Assembly (NCBI GenBank): GCA_965208675.1
Contig: OZ242351.1
Location: 2,560,001-2,624,000 of the forward strand
DNA: 64,000 nucleotides
Direction: 5' to 3'
From: Candidatus Poribacteria bacterium
GTDB lineage: Bacteria; Poribacteria; WGA-4E; PCPOR2b
Shown: piece by piece, positions 1 through 10,588 of the stretch
How positions within the stretch are numbered: position 1 is the stretch's first letter
How the letters are laid out: every line of letters starts with the position of its first letter
Notes under the pieces: model-generated
The model's input: the letters and a program-made list of their open reading frames with translations, nothing else
What the model was told of the DNA's origin: nothing
The model's database searches: none
Position numbers and translations under genes: made by a program

Positions 1-3000
1 GCATTCAGCGGCAACATGGATACCGATGGCACGCTGACTTTCACGGTTGGTTCGGACGCAATTGCAGGCTATACCGGCGCTGCACTCACTGCTGAAATAT
101 CCGTCACGGCGCTTGCAGAATCAGTGATCGCTTCAACATCCGCTCCATTGACAGAGAGGACACTGAATGAGGGCGTAGTTACACTGACACTGAACGGCGG
201 CACTTACGAACGCCAGACCACCGTCAGAAATAACGTGACGGTATCAGGTATTACCGGCGTAACGTTCAGGTCTCTCGATGTGCAGCGTGTGAGCGATACC
301 GTGGTAACGGTTGAACTGTCGTTTGACGGTACTGACTTCGACAGCGACGCGGTCTTGAACTTTACGGTTGGAGCTGATGCGATAGCTGGCTACGACGGTG
401 CCGCGCTCACCGCCGGAATACCCGTCACCGCATTGTTGGAATCGGTGGTCGCCACAACAACCACCCCGTTGACTGAAGGAACGCTAGATGAGAGCGTGGT
501 TACACTGACATTGGACGGCTGTACCTACGAAACTCAGACCGCCGTCAGAAATAACGTGACGGTATCAGGTATTACTGGCGTAACAGTTGGAACCTTCGGT
601 ATAGAGCGTGTGAGCGATACTGTCGCAACGGTTGATCTGACATTTGACGGTTCTGACCTCGACGCCAATGCCGCCCTGACATTCACAGTCGCGGCGGACG
701 CTATTGTGGACTATAGCGGTTCTGCCCTTTCAACCCAAATTACCATCGCCGCACCATCGAACAGAGCACCGGTGTTCACCGATGGCGCCACCGCTGCCCG
801 CTCAGTGGCGGAGAATACGGCAGCGGGCGTAAACATCGGTAATGCTGTGGCGGCTACAGATGCTGACAACGATACCCTTACCTACACCCTCGGCGGTACC
901 GACGCTTCTATGTTTGACATTGAGCGTGCGTCAGGACAGTTGAAGACGCGAGCGGCACTCGATTATGAAACCATACGCGCTTATACCGTAACGGTCACGG
1001 TCTCCGATGGCAGTCTCACTGACTCCATCACCGTCACTATCACAGTCAGCAACGAAAATGATGCACCAGTGTTTGCCGCAGGTAGCGCCACCCGTACAGT
1101 GGGGGAGAATACGGGGACAGGTGTGAACATCGGTAGTGCGGTAACGGCTACGGACCCCGACAACGACGTCCTAACCTACACCCTCGGCGGTACTGACGCC
1201 GCTTCGTTTGACATTAACCGCACATCGGGGCAGTTGAAGACCAAGGCGGCGCTTGACTATGAAACTAAAACTTCCTATATGGTAACAATAACTGTCTCCG
1301 ACGGCAGTCTAACGGACACTATCACGGTGACAATCAATGTGACCAACGTACCTGAAACTCCGACGAACAGAGCGCCAATTTTCTCCGAAGGCAGCCGTAC
1401 CAAGCGAACAGTAGCTGAGAATACGGCGGAGGGCGCAAACATCGGTAATGCAGTGACGGCTACAGACCCCGATAACGACACATTAACCTATACCCTCGGC
1501 GGTATTGACGCGTCTTCGTTTAACATTGAACCGTCAACTGGCCAGTTGAAGACAAAGGCGGCACTCGACTACGAAACCAAAACTTCCTATAGTGTAACGA
1601 TTACTGTCTCCGACAGGGGGCTTACGGACTCCATCACCGTTACCATTGATGTGGCGGACCTAGACGATCAAGCGAGCCCGACAATAACGTTAGAATCGAC
1701 ATCTTTAACGGAGAGGACGCTGAATGGGAGTGTAGTTACCCTGAGGCTGAGTAACCGAATTTTTGAACGATGGCTGAGCGGCCTTGTGACCGTGTCGGGT
1801 ATTGATGGTGTAAGTGTTAGATCGTTTGATTTGAAACGTGTGAGTGATACTGAATTGACCGCTAAACTTACGTTTGACGGCACGGATTTTGATTCCGATG
1901 CTACCCTTACGTTCACGGTTGAGGCGGGGGCAATTGCAAGTTATAACGGTCCTGCATTGACCAATTCCCTACCTGTCGCCGCAAGTCAGGAATCGGTGGT
2001 CGGATCGCCTACCTCCTTAACGGAGACGGCGCTTAATGAGAGCACGGTGACGCTGACGTTGAGCGGGCGTGTCTACGAATCGCGGTTCACGGTTGCAAAT
2101 AACATTACTGTGTCTGGTATTGACGGCGTTACATTTCGCACGTTTGACCTGGAACGAGATAGCGATACGGTGGTAACGGTTAAACTGAGGTTCGACGGTA
2201 CGGACTTTGACACCGATGCCACCCTCAACTTTACAGTTGGGGCGCGCGCAATAGTAGATTATAGCGGGCCCGCATTCACCGCAACAATACCTGTCACCGC
2301 TGTGGTGGAAGCAATCCCAACAATGGCCGCATCGTCTTCACAACCGCTTTATGAAGGGACGCTGGATGAGAGCGTGGTTACATTGACTTTGTCATCCGGT
2401 GCTTACGCACAATCTAGCTTCGACATCAGCCGTGCTGTCACGGTGTCAGGGATTGATGGCGTCACATTTCGCAGGTTTGATGTAGATCGGGTCAGCGATA
2501 CCGTGGCAACGGTTGAGCTGACATTTGACGGCACGGACTTTGACACCGATGCCACCCTCAACTTTACAGTCGGGGCGGGTGCAATTGAGAACTATAACGG
2601 CGACGCACTAACTGCGGAAATACCTGTCACAGCGGTTGTGGAGGAAGACCCAACCATAACGGCATCAACCCCGCAGCCGCTTTCAGAGGCAACCTTGGAT
2701 GAAAGCGTGGTTACATTGACGCTAAAAAACCGGACTTACGCACAATCCAGCTTTGGGATTAGAGATGCCTTAACGGTTGACGGTATTGTCGGTGTAACTA
2801 TTGGTACGTTCGGCGTAGATCGTGTGAGCGACACGGAGGTGACCGTCGAGTTAACTTTCAACGGAGATATTGACACCGATGCTACCCTCACCTTCTCGGT
2901 GGAGGCAGAAGCCATTGCTAACTACGATGGGCAAACGCTGGTTGCACAAGTTCCTGTCACAGGCGGGCAGGAATCGGTAACCGTATCAACAGAGGCGCCG

Positions 3001-5184
3001 TTGACAGAAGCAACCCTCGATGGGAGCGTCGTCACACTCACACTAAATGGCGGCGTTTACGAGCCGTCCACCTTTGACCTCAGAGATGCCGTGACCGTCT
3101 CCGGCATTGATGGTGTCACGATTCAAGGGTTTGATTTGGACCGAGTCAGCGATACAGAGCTTACTGTCGAACTGACATTTGTCGGAAATATAGACACCGA
3201 TGCCGCGCTCGTATTTTCCGTCGGTGCCGATGCCATAGCGGGCTACAATGGCTCCGCGCTGGACACACAATTACCCGTCACAAGCAGGCAGGAATCGGTA
3301 ACTGCATCAATAGAGACGCCGTTGACGGAAGCAACGCTGGATGGGAGCGTAGTCACATTGACGCTAAGCGGCGCAGTTTACGCGAGATCCGTCTTTGACA
3401 TACGAGATTCGGTAACAGTCTCGGGCATTGAAGGTGTAACTATACCTTGGCACCAACCCGATCGGGAGAGCGACACCCAAATCGCCGTTGAACTTGAATT
3501 CAGCGGCAACATTGACAACGATGCCACACTCACCTTCTCGGTCGGAGCCCATGCAATACAAAGATACAACGGCGAGGCATTCATCGCGGAGATACCCGTA
3601 GCTGCGCTGAATGAATCGGTAACCGCATCGTCGGCGGCACCTTTGACGGAAGCAACATTGGCTGGAAGCGTGGTCACACTCACGCTTAGCGACGCTAAAT
3701 ACGCACGTTCTATCTTCGACATCAGAGATGCCGTGACCGTCACCGGCATTGACGGCGTAACTATTCCTTGGCACCAGCCCGACCGTGAGAGCGATACGGT
3801 AATTACTGTTGAACTCGAATTCATCGGCGACTTTGACACCGATGCCACACTCACCTTTTCAGTCGGAGCCGATGCCATAGCGGGATATAACGGCCCCGCA
3901 CTGGTTGCACAAATGTCTGTCGCTGCGGGACAGGAGTCGATAATCGCCTCAACAGAAGCCCCGTTGACAGAATCAACCCTAAATGAGAGCGAGGTCACAC
4001 TGACGCTTAACGGTGCCAATTATGCGCGTTCTATCTTCGACATTAGAGATTCCGTGACAGTATCCGGTATTGACGGCGTAACTATTCCTTGGCACCAACC
4101 GGACCGTGAGAGTGACACTGTTATCACCGTTGAACTTGAATTCACTGGTGACTTTGATACCGATACGGCACTAACCTTCACTGTGGGAGCAGAAGCCATA
4201 GCAAGTTACGATGGCCCAGCATTCACTGCCCAAATTCCCGTCAACGCGAACATGGAATCGGTGGTTGCCTCTTCTGATTCCCCGTTGACAGAGGTAAGCC
4301 TTGATGAGAGCGTGGTCACTCTGACGCTTAGCGGCGCTAATTACGCGCGTTCTATCTTCGACATCAGAGATGCCGTGACCGTCTCCGGTATTGACGGTGT
4401 GACAATCCCTTGGCACCAACCGGACCGAGGGAACGACACCGTTATCACTGTCGAACTTGAATTCGACGGCAACATTAGCGCCGATGCGACACTTACCTTT
4501 ACCGTGGGCGCGGACGCCATTGCAAACTACGTCGGGTCAGAACTCACAGCCGAAATATCCGTCACCGCAGGCCCCCAAGGAGACGCAAACCAAGATGGTG
4601 TGGTGGACCTCGAGGATTTGGTGGAGGTTGCTTCAAACTTTCAACAGACTGGCCCGAACAGTGCTGATGTCAACGGAGACGGTGTGGTGGATGTTGAAGA
4701 CCTGCTCCTAGTTGCAGGCACACTGGAAAACACGGCAGCCGCGCCTGCCGCACATCCACAAACACTGACGATACTCACCGCCGCAGATGTTCAAGATTGG
4801 CTGTCACAAGCGCGGCATTTGGACCTAACGGACACAAAGTTGCAAAGGGGTGTTCTCTTTTTGGAACAACTCCTCACGGTTTTGATTCCGAAAGAAACAG
4901 CGCTGTTGCCCAACTACCCGAATCCGTTCAACCCAGAGACGTGGATACCGTATCATCTGTCCAACGACGCCGATGTACAAATCTCGATTTACGATTCAAA
5001 AGGCATGTTAGTCCGTTGGTTGGATCTAGGTCATCAGATGGCTGGTTACTATACTGATCGCACAAAAGCCGCGTATTGGGACGGAAAGAACGAGTTCGGT
5101 GAGCAGGCAGCGAGCGGTGTGTATTTCTATCACTTGTCCGCCGGCGATTATTTCGCCGTGTGGAAGATGATAATTTTGAAGTAA
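1..5184 (+). CDS. Giant secreted surface protein (5' partial): ~110-aa Ig-like repeats, 3 cadherin domains, dockerin, C-terminal FlgD/T9SS-like domain
   Basis: Frame is open from base 1. Cadherin motifs NRAPVF...ENT...ATDxDxD...LDYE occur three times. At least 11 full TLTL-SG...VSGIDGV...SDT...DAxLTFTVGA repeats. Dockerin GDANQDGVVD/ADVNGDGVVD; terminal LPNYPNPFNPETWIPY...WDG...SGVYFY. Confidence 0.9.
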   Translation, partial: AFSGNMDTDGTLTFTVGSDAIAGYTGAALTAEISVTALAESVIASTSAPLTERTLNEGVVTLTLNGGTYERQTTVRNNVTVSGITGVTFRSLDVQRVSDTVVTVELSFDGTDFDSDAVLNFTVGADAIAGYDGAALTAGIPVTALLESVVATTTTPLTEGTLDESVVTLTLDGCTYETQTAVRNNVTVSGITGVTVGTFGIERVSDTVATVDLTFDGSDLDANAALTFTVAADAIVDYSGSALSTQITIAAPSNRAPVFTDGATAARSVAENTAAGVNIGNAVAATDADNDTLTYTLGGTDASMFDIERASGQLKTRAALDYETIRAYTVTVTVSDGSLTDSITVTITVSNENDAPVFAAGSATRTVGENTGTGVNIGSAVTATDPDNDVLTYTLGGTDAASFDINRTSGQLKTKAALDYETKTSYMVTITVSDGSLTDTITVTINVTNVPETPTNRAPIFSEGSRTKRTVAENTAEGANIGNAVTATDPDNDTLTYTLGGIDASSFNIEPSTGQLKTKAALDYETKTSYSVTITVSDRGLTDSITVTIDVADLDDQASPTITLESTSLTERTLNGSVVTLRLSNRIFERWLSGLVTVSGIDGVSVRSFDLKRVSDTELTAKLTFDGTDFDSDATLTFTVEAGAIASYNGPALTNSLPVAASQESVVGSPTSLTETALNESTVTLTLSGRVYESRFTVANNITVSGIDGVTFRTFDLERDSDTVVTVKLRFDGTDFDTDATLNFTVGARAIVDYSGPAFTATIPVTAVVEAIPTMAASSSQPLYEGTLDESVVTLTLSSGAYAQSSFDISRAVTVSGIDGVTFRRFDVDRVSDTVATVELTFDGTDFDTDATLNFTVGAGAIENYNGDALTAEIPVTAVVEEDPTITASTPQPLSEATLDESVVTLTLKNRTYAQSSFGIRDALTVDGIVGVTIGTFGVDRVSDTEVTVELTFNGDIDTDATLTFSVEAEAIANYDGQTLVAQVPVTGGQESVTVSTEAPLTEATLDGSVVTLTLNGGVYEPSTFDLRDAVTVSGIDGVTIQGFDLDRVSDTELTVELTFVGNIDTDAALVFSVGADAIAGYNGSALDTQLPVTSRQESVTASIETPLTEATLDGSVVTLTLSGAVYARSVFDIRDSVTVSGIEGVTIPWHQPDRESDTQIAVELEFSGNIDNDATLTFSVGAHAIQRYNGEAFIAEIPVAALNESVTASSAAPLTEATLAGSVVTLTLSDAKYARSIFDIRDAVTVTGIDGVTIPWHQPDRESDTVITVELEFIGDFDTDATLTFSVGADAIAGYNGPALVAQMSVAAGQESIIASTEAPLTESTLNESEVTLTLNGANYARSIFDIRDSVTVSGIDGVTIPWHQPDRESDTVITVELEFTGDFDTDTALTFTVGAEAIASYDGPAFTAQIPVNANMESVVASSDSPLTEVSLDESVVTLTLSGANYARSIFDIRDAVTVSGIDGVTIPWHQPDRGNDTVITVELEFDGNISADATLTFTVGADAIANYVGSELTAEISVTAGPQGDANQDGVVDLEDLVEVASNFQQTGPNSADVNGDGVVDVEDLLLVAGTLENTAAAPAAHPQTLTILTAADVQDWLSQARHLDLTDTKLQRGVLFLEQLLTVLIPKETALLPNYPNPFNPETWIPYHLSNDADVQISIYDSKGMLVRWLDLGHQMAGYYTDRTKAAYWDGKNEFGEQAASGVYFYHLSAGDYFAVWKMIILK

Positions 5185-5378
5185 CGAAAAATTCGAAGAG
5201 AGTAAAATTAGTGTTGGTTAAATATGTTTCATCTGAACGTTTCTCAATACGTTAAACCTGTAATTACCCCCAAAACCTAGACAGTTGCATAAGAGATCTT
5301 TTCGACTAGAAAAATGGTCATCATCTGAGCGAAAATAGGACTCGGAAACGCCAAGAAAAAGAAAGGAGTTTCTCCACG

Positions 5379-5666
5379 ATGTCCCGTAGAATACAGCGTG
5401 ATGGCCGATTCAAAGCGCAAGTGGCTCTTGAAGCTATCAAGAATCAGCAGACTATCAGTCAGATTGCCAGTGAATACGGTGTCAATCCGGCTCAAGTCAG
5501 CCAATGGAAAAAACAGGTGCTTGAGGAATTACCTCAACTCTTTGCGAAGGGACGTTCAAAAACGGCGTCCGACCACGACAAGCTAGTGTCTGAACTGTAT
5601 CGCCAGATTGGTCAGTTGAAGGTAGAACTGGACTGGCTTCAAAAAAAAACGTCGCGCTTCCGTTGA
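5379..5666 (+). CDS. IS3 transposase OrfA (HTH)
   Basis: FKAQVALEAIK...IASEYGV..AQVSQWKKQ...LYRQIGQLKVELDWL. Confidence 0.9.
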   Translation: MSRRIQRDGRFKAQVALEAIKNQQTISQIASEYGVNPAQVSQWKKQVLEELPQLFAKGRSKTASDHDKLVSELYRQIGQLKVELDWLQKKTSRFR

Positions 5667-6477
5667 ACAGAAGCGGCAGCTTGTTGAACCGGAGTGCCGT
5701 TCAGTGTCGATTGCAAGACAGTGTGAGCTCTTAGGCTTGTCTCGAGCATCGTTCTATTACACTCCTGTAGGGGAGTCACCACAAAATCTGCTGTACATGC
5801 GTCTGTTAGATGAACAGTACACCAAGAGGCCGTGGTGTGGGGTGCCTAAGTTAACGAAATGGCTTCGTCGTCAAGGATATGTTGTCAATCCGAAACGGGT
5901 AGCACGGTTAATGCGGAAGATGGGATTAGTTGCCATCTATCCCAAGATCTCCAGAATGGGCAAACCGTCGAAAGTGTACCCCTATCTGTTGAAAGGATTA
6001 AGCATCACCAGACCGAACCACGTCTGGGCAACTGACATCACCTATATTCGTTTAAGCCATGGCTTCGTTTATCTGGTAGCCATTATGGATTGGTTTTCCC
6101 GTTATGTGTTGTCATGGGAACTGTCAAACTCCCTCGACGTGTTCTTTTGCCTATCGGCTCTGGAACGGGCGCTTGGTAAAGCGAGTCCATTAATATTCAA
6201 CAACGACCAAGGAAGTCAATTTACTTCGGAGGCGTTTACTGCTAGACTTGAAGCCTCTGGCATAGCCATTAGTTGGAACGGTAGAGGCCGCTACTTTGAC
6301 AACATCTTCGTTGAACGACTTTGGCGCAGTGTTAAGTATGAGGAGGTTTACCTCAACGACTATGATTCAATGAACACGGCTCGGCGCCGCTTGAGAGATT
6401 ATTTCAACTTTTACAACCGAGAGCGACTTCATCAATCGCTCGATTACTGTACACCTTACGAGGTGTATTTTCACTAA
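5650..6477 (+). CDS. IS3 transposase OrfB (DDE integrase core), joined to OrfA via A9 tract at 5641-5649
   Basis: WATDITY, NNDQGSQF, DNIFVERLWRSVKYEE; frame is open back to the A-tract. Confidence 0.9.
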   Translation, partial: RRASVEQKRQLVEPECRSVSIARQCELLGLSRASFYYTPVGESPQNLLYMRLLDEQYTKRPWCGVPKLTKWLRRQGYVVNPKRVARLMRKMGLVAIYPKISRMGKPSKVYPYLLKGLSITRPNHVWATDITYIRLSHGFVYLVAIMDWFSRYVLSWELSNSLDVFFCLSALERALGKASPLIFNNDQGSQFTSEAFTARLEASGIAISWNGRGRYFDNIFVERLWRSVKYEEVYLNDYDSMNTARRRLRDYFNFYNRERLHQSLDYCTPYEVYFH

Positions 6478-6566
6478 CTTCAGGCGTTTAAGTTTGACCA
6501 GAATTAGTCAGGTTTTATTTCTTAAATCTCCTCATTTTCTGTCTAAAGGATGGGGGTAGCTTAACA

Positions 6567-6936
6567 CATTTATGACCGTGTAGATAATTTTATTGCGTGC
6601 TCCGGTCAAATAAACGGATTAGAACATGTTGATGTATCGAACAGGCATTACTCCGTTGGCGCATTCTTCAATAAGCCCGATGGCGGTTATTTGACATTCG
6701 ACGATCTTCAGGATAAGGTGATATATCTCGTCGTTATTGAGGATGATGCTTATCCATGCCCAGCCCCAGGGGGAGATTTCTTTCCTTTTTCGGACGACTT
6801 TGTCGGCAAGACCGAAACCTTTCCGGGTCGTGACATTGCCGGTACAAAAGCCATGCAGTTTGACGACCTAACCCAGTTAACCGTCACCGTTTCACTTACA
6901 TGGAAACCCATTAATGATAACGGCACAAAATTCTAA
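6567..6936 (+). pseudogene. 3' part of a hypothetical gene cut by the IS3 element
   Basis: Frame is open from the IS right end to 6936. Joining 5224-5258 to 6567 restores an in-frame MFHLNVSQYVKPIYDRVD... protein. Confidence 0.45.
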
Positions 6937-7088
6937 CAATAACAAAATCTCCTCATTAGATGCCGCAAATGTTCGAGAATGTGTCCCAGATGTCAAAATA
7001 GTCCGTCGTCTGCGTTTAATCTGCGTTTCATTTCAGTAGATATTTCAGAAAATTCGGAAATTTATTCTGAAAAATTAATAAAAAAGAC

Positions 7089-7118
7089 TTGACAAAAATA
7101 TTCACGATGAATTATACT
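7089..7118 (+). promoter_or_regulatory. sigma70-like promoter of iron operon 1
   Basis: TTGACA-18 bp-TATACT. Confidence 0.65.
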
Positions 7119-7160
7119 ATCGCGATTTTCCGAATATTTCTTGGTGATGGACATATATTA

Positions 7161-7181
7161 TGCGATTGAGTCTCAGTTGCA
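7161..7181. promoter_or_regulatory. Fur-like operator 1
   Basis: TGCGATTGAGTCTCAGTTGCA near-palindrome; same motif at 7250, 13047, 20950. Confidence 0.7.
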
Positions 7182-7249
7182 ATTCAGATTTTATGGTCTC
7201 AACCAGTTTTGGACGGATTAAGTACGTCCGTTTTTATTTAAGAACGTAT

Positions 7250-7270
7250 TGAAATAGAGTCTCAATATCA
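7250..7270. promoter_or_regulatory. Fur-like operator 2
   Basis: TGAAATAGAGTCTCAATATCA immediately upstream of the porin RBS. Confidence 0.7.
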
Positions 7271-7289
7271 ATAACGAAATGAGGTAAAA

Positions 7290-8537
7290 TTGCGCAGTTT
7301 TTGTTTTGGTGTATTTCTAATCTTGATTGCCCAAGCCGCACCGGCTGATTCCGGGCGGCTCCAAATCTCCGGTTACGGGGTAATCAACTACGCTAACTTT
7401 TTTTGGGAAACAGATCCAGAGCGGCGCGCCCATATTGACGTTGAACGGCTTGTCGTCGCGCCGAAGTACCAGGTCAATGACAACATCCGGCTTGAAGCGG
7501 AGCTTGAGTTTGAACACGGCGGCACCGGCATCACAATGGAGTTCGACAAATTTGAGGAGTTTGGCGAATTTGAGATGGAGGTCGAAAAAGGCGGTGAGGT
7601 CATCGTTGAGAAACTGGCTGCAGTCTTTGAGTTTCGTCCAACATTCAACTTGCGGATAGGTCACATCATCGTGCCGGTCGGCTTAACTACCAAACGGCAT
7701 CGCCCGCAACACTACTTCACGACCACCCGCCCGGAATCCGAATCATACCTGATCCCAACCATCTGGCATGAAAACGGAATTGAGATATTCGGCAATATCG
7801 GCGCGTTCAGCTATCAAGCGCAAGTTGTCAACGGATTGGATTCAACCGGATTCAGCTCACGCCGATGGATAGTCGGCGGTCATCAACTGCGTTTTGAGGC
7901 TGCAAATGCTGAAGATTTCGCGCTCGTCGGCCGTGTCGATTACACAGTCACGGACGGAGCCGTTCTCGGACTCTCCGGGTACTACGGCGACAGTGCGGAC
8001 AACCGTCCGAAACCAGACTTTCAGTCAGATGCCCATGTTTCAATTGTCGACCTGCACGGCTTTTACAAGGTCGGCGCATTGAAAATTCGCGGCATGTTCC
8101 TTTACGGTACGCTCGAAAATTCTGAATTTGTCTCCAAAGCCAATCGAAATCTCTCCAACAACTTGAACGTAAAGCGGACACCCGTTGGCAGCCGAGCACA
8201 CGGCGGTTACCTCGAAGTCGGATTCAATGTGCTAACTTTCTTCAAATCATCGCTGAACACGCAGGCGGCGCTCGACCTGTTCATCCGTTACGACAACTAC
8301 GATACAATGGCTGAGGTTAAGGGAGACATCTTCGATAATCCGCGTTGGGAACGGAAGACGTGGACGTTCGGCGCCAATTACCACCCGCATCCGCAGCTTG
8401 TCTTTAAAGGGCACTACTCCGCACGAACATTGGGCTCTACACCCGTAGAGGTGCTAGACACCATACCCATAGAGATATTTGACACCGAATTTGAGGACGA
8501 ACACACTTTCGCGCTCGGATTTGGGTTTCAATACTAA
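7290..8537 (+). CDS. Outer-membrane beta-barrel porin of imelysin/DHOR iron loci
   Basis: Signal peptide, ELEFEHGG motif, C-terminal aromatic strand GFGFQY; context. Confidence 0.75.
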   Translation: MRSFCFGVFLILIAQAAPADSGRLQISGYGVINYANFFWETDPERRAHIDVERLVVAPKYQVNDNIRLEAELEFEHGGTGITMEFDKFEEFGEFEMEVEKGGEVIVEKLAAVFEFRPTFNLRIGHIIVPVGLTTKRHRPQHYFTTTRPESESYLIPTIWHENGIEIFGNIGAFSYQAQVVNGLDSTGFSSRRWIVGGHQLRFEAANAEDFALVGRVDYTVTDGAVLGLSGYYGDSADNRPKPDFQSDAHVSIVDLHGFYKVGALKIRGMFLYGTLENSEFVSKANRNLSNNLNVKRTPVGSRAHGGYLEVGFNVLTFFKSSLNTQAALDLFIRYDNYDTMAEVKGDIFDNPRWERKTWTFGANYHPHPQLVFKGHYSARTLGSTPVEVLDTIPIEIFDTEFEDEHTFALGFGFQY

Positions 8538-8568
8538 ATTCAACATTAAACCAACAAGGAGGAATCCA

Positions 8569-9681
8569 ATGAGATTCAATCAACACTTAGAAAAATTCTA
8601 TTGCAGTACACTATCGACGCTTCTGGTTTTATCAGTCTTTCTCATCGGGTGCGGTCTCTCTGGTTGCGGCGAGGACGAGGAAATCGATCCTGACACGGGA
8701 GCCGCATTTGATGCAACCACCATTTTGAATGACTTCGCTAACAAGGTCGTGCTTGCCACCTACACCGATTTGGACAATAAAGCGAGTGACCTATTAAACG
8801 CTGTCAACGCATTAAACGCAGCCGCCAACCAATCCCATTTGGAATTGGCGCAAACAGCTTGGAAGGCAGCCAGGACACCGTGGGAACAGAGCGAAGCATT
8901 TTTGTTCGGCCCGGTTGATACACAGGGGCTCGACCCGGCGCTAGATAGTTGGCCCGTCAATAAAGTAGACCTCGACGCGGTGCTCGCCAGTGACCAGGAT
9001 TTGACCTCGGCATCCATTGACGCGCTAGAAGACACGCTGAAAGGCTTCCATACTATCGAGTATCTCCTCTTCCGCGAAGGAGACCAGAGAAAAGCTGAGG
9101 AAATTACGCCTCGAGAGCTCGAATATCTAATTGCCACTACGGAGAATCTGAAAGATAAAACTGGCCAGTTGCGTACCGCGTGGGATGCGTCGGGTGAAAA
9201 CTACGCCGGTGAGGTCGCTAACGCCGGCACATCGAGCACCATTTATAAATCACAGAAAGACGGTATGCAGGAGATGATCAACGGAATGATTGTCATCGCC
9301 GATGAAGTCGCTAACGGTAAAATTTCCGACCCGTTCTCCGAGCAGGACACAACCCTCGTCGAGTCGCAGTTTAGCTTCAACTCAATTAGCGATTTCCAAG
9401 ACAATATCCGCGGTATTCAGAATGTCTACATGGGGAAATTCACTGGCGATGGCCAAGGGCTCAACGAATTTATAAATGGAGTGGACGCCGGATTGGACGC
9501 CAGATTCCTTACCGAAGTCCAAACCGCCATTGATACCATCGGTGCGATTCCAGATCCATTCCGAGATTCTATCACTTCCCATCGTTCTTCAGTCCAAGCG
9601 GCAATTGACGCAGTAAATACGGTTCAGCGTACACTTGAGAACGATATCTTAAAGTTGGTGCTAGACGGTAACTTCAATTAA
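8569..9681 (+). CDS. Imelysin-like (peptidase M75/IrpA-type) iron-regulated lipoprotein
   Basis: AGGAGG RBS, lipobox LSGC, WEQSEAFLFGP, LDSWP, GFHTIE (GxHxxE). Confidence 0.9.
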   Translation: MRFNQHLEKFYCSTLSTLLVLSVFLIGCGLSGCGEDEEIDPDTGAAFDATTILNDFANKVVLATYTDLDNKASDLLNAVNALNAAANQSHLELAQTAWKAARTPWEQSEAFLFGPVDTQGLDPALDSWPVNKVDLDAVLASDQDLTSASIDALEDTLKGFHTIEYLLFREGDQRKAEEITPRELEYLIATTENLKDKTGQLRTAWDASGENYAGEVANAGTSSTIYKSQKDGMQEMINGMIVIADEVANGKISDPFSEQDTTLVESQFSFNSISDFQDNIRGIQNVYMGKFTGDGQGLNEFINGVDAGLDARFLTEVQTAIDTIGAIPDPFRDSITSHRSSVQAAIDAVNTVQRTLENDILKLVLDGNFN

Positions 9682-9685
9682 TGAG

Positions 9686-9718
9686 AGAAACCGAGTTTTT
9701 TCAAAAAACTCGGTTTCT
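9686..9718. repeat. Palindromic repeat / possible terminator
   Basis: AGAAACCGAGTTTTTT-CAAAAAACTCGGTTTCT; second copy ~25804-25840, degenerate copy ~33543. Confidence 0.65.
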
Positions 9719-9730
9719 TCGCACCACTCA

Positions 9731-9937
9731 CTAGGTTCTGTTGACATTTTGAGACTACTGATTCAGCAAAGGTTGTCACCATTGGATAATCTGATATAAG
9801 TAACGCAAACTGTTAGTTTGCGGGCTCGGATCACAATCTAACAGATTGTGTTACAAAAGATTCCTTTGTACTTGATAGGGACTGCCGTTTAACCGTTCAA
9901 TTCAACCTACGGGATGCCAAATGTCAACAAAACCTAG
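9731..9937. mobile_element. MITE with CTAG-ended terminal inverted repeats
   Basis: CTAGGTTCTGTTGACATTT ... AAATGTCAACAAAACCTAG; internal palindrome 9800-9854. Confidence 0.65.
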
Positions 9938-10006
9938 TTTGTAGGAGAGGCTTCCTAGCCTCGATTATTAATCAGTCGATTCCTCCTTGTGTAAATATGA
10001 ACCCAA

Positions 10007-10588
10007 ATGACTATAACAGGGGCAAATTTGATATCCAAAATCGACTTTCCACACCTGTTTGAACGCGCCACTTGGGGTGCTGTAAGCTGTGAGTTTGAAT
10101 GCCTCAACAAGTTACCGCCGCTCAACCTTATCAGTAATGTCAACCTTGTTCCGTTCAGAGAGGATTTGTGGTTAATGCTTCGCACACAAACAGGGGAATG
10201 GGAAGTTCCGGGAGGCACGCTGGAGCCGGACGAATGCTATTCGGATGCAATAAGACGTGAGTTAATTGAAGAAGCTGGTGCACGGGTGATAACCTTTGAA
10301 CTACTCGGCGCATGGCACTGTTTTTCGACTGCTCCAAAACCCTATCGATCGCATCTGCCGCATCCCGAATTCTATCGGCTTGTGGGTTATGGAGCGGTAG
10401 AAATCATCAGCAGCCCTGAAAATCCTGAAGGCGGCGAACAGGTGGCAAGCGTAGAATTCGTCCCTATTGAGGAAGTTGTTCAACGGTTCCACGCCATCAA
10501 TCGGTTTGAGTTGGCAGAGTTATACCAGTTGGCAGCAAAAGTACGTGAGTCTAAAGCTGAAAACCGGCGAGAACGGACAGATCAATGA
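10007..10588 (+). CDS. NUDIX hydrolase
   Basis: Nudix box GGTLEPDECYSDAIRRELIEEAG. Confidence 0.85.
   Translation: MTITGANLISKIDFPHLFERATWGAVSCEFECLNKLPPLNLISNVNLVPFREDLWLMLRTQTGEWEVPGGTLEPDECYSDAIRRELIEEAGARVITFELLGAWHCFSTAPKPYRSHLPHPEFYRLVGYGAVEIISSPENPEGGEQVASVEFVPIEEVVQRFHAINRFELAELYQLAAKVRESKAENRRERTDQ

Larger units (their letters stand above)
5259..6566 (+). mobile_element. IS3-family insertion sequence
   Basis: TG...CA ends. Imperfect IRs TGTAATTACCCCCAAAACCTAGACAG and (rc) TGTTAAGCTACCCCCATCCTTTAGACAG enclose orfA/orfB. No clear target duplication. Confidence 0.9.
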
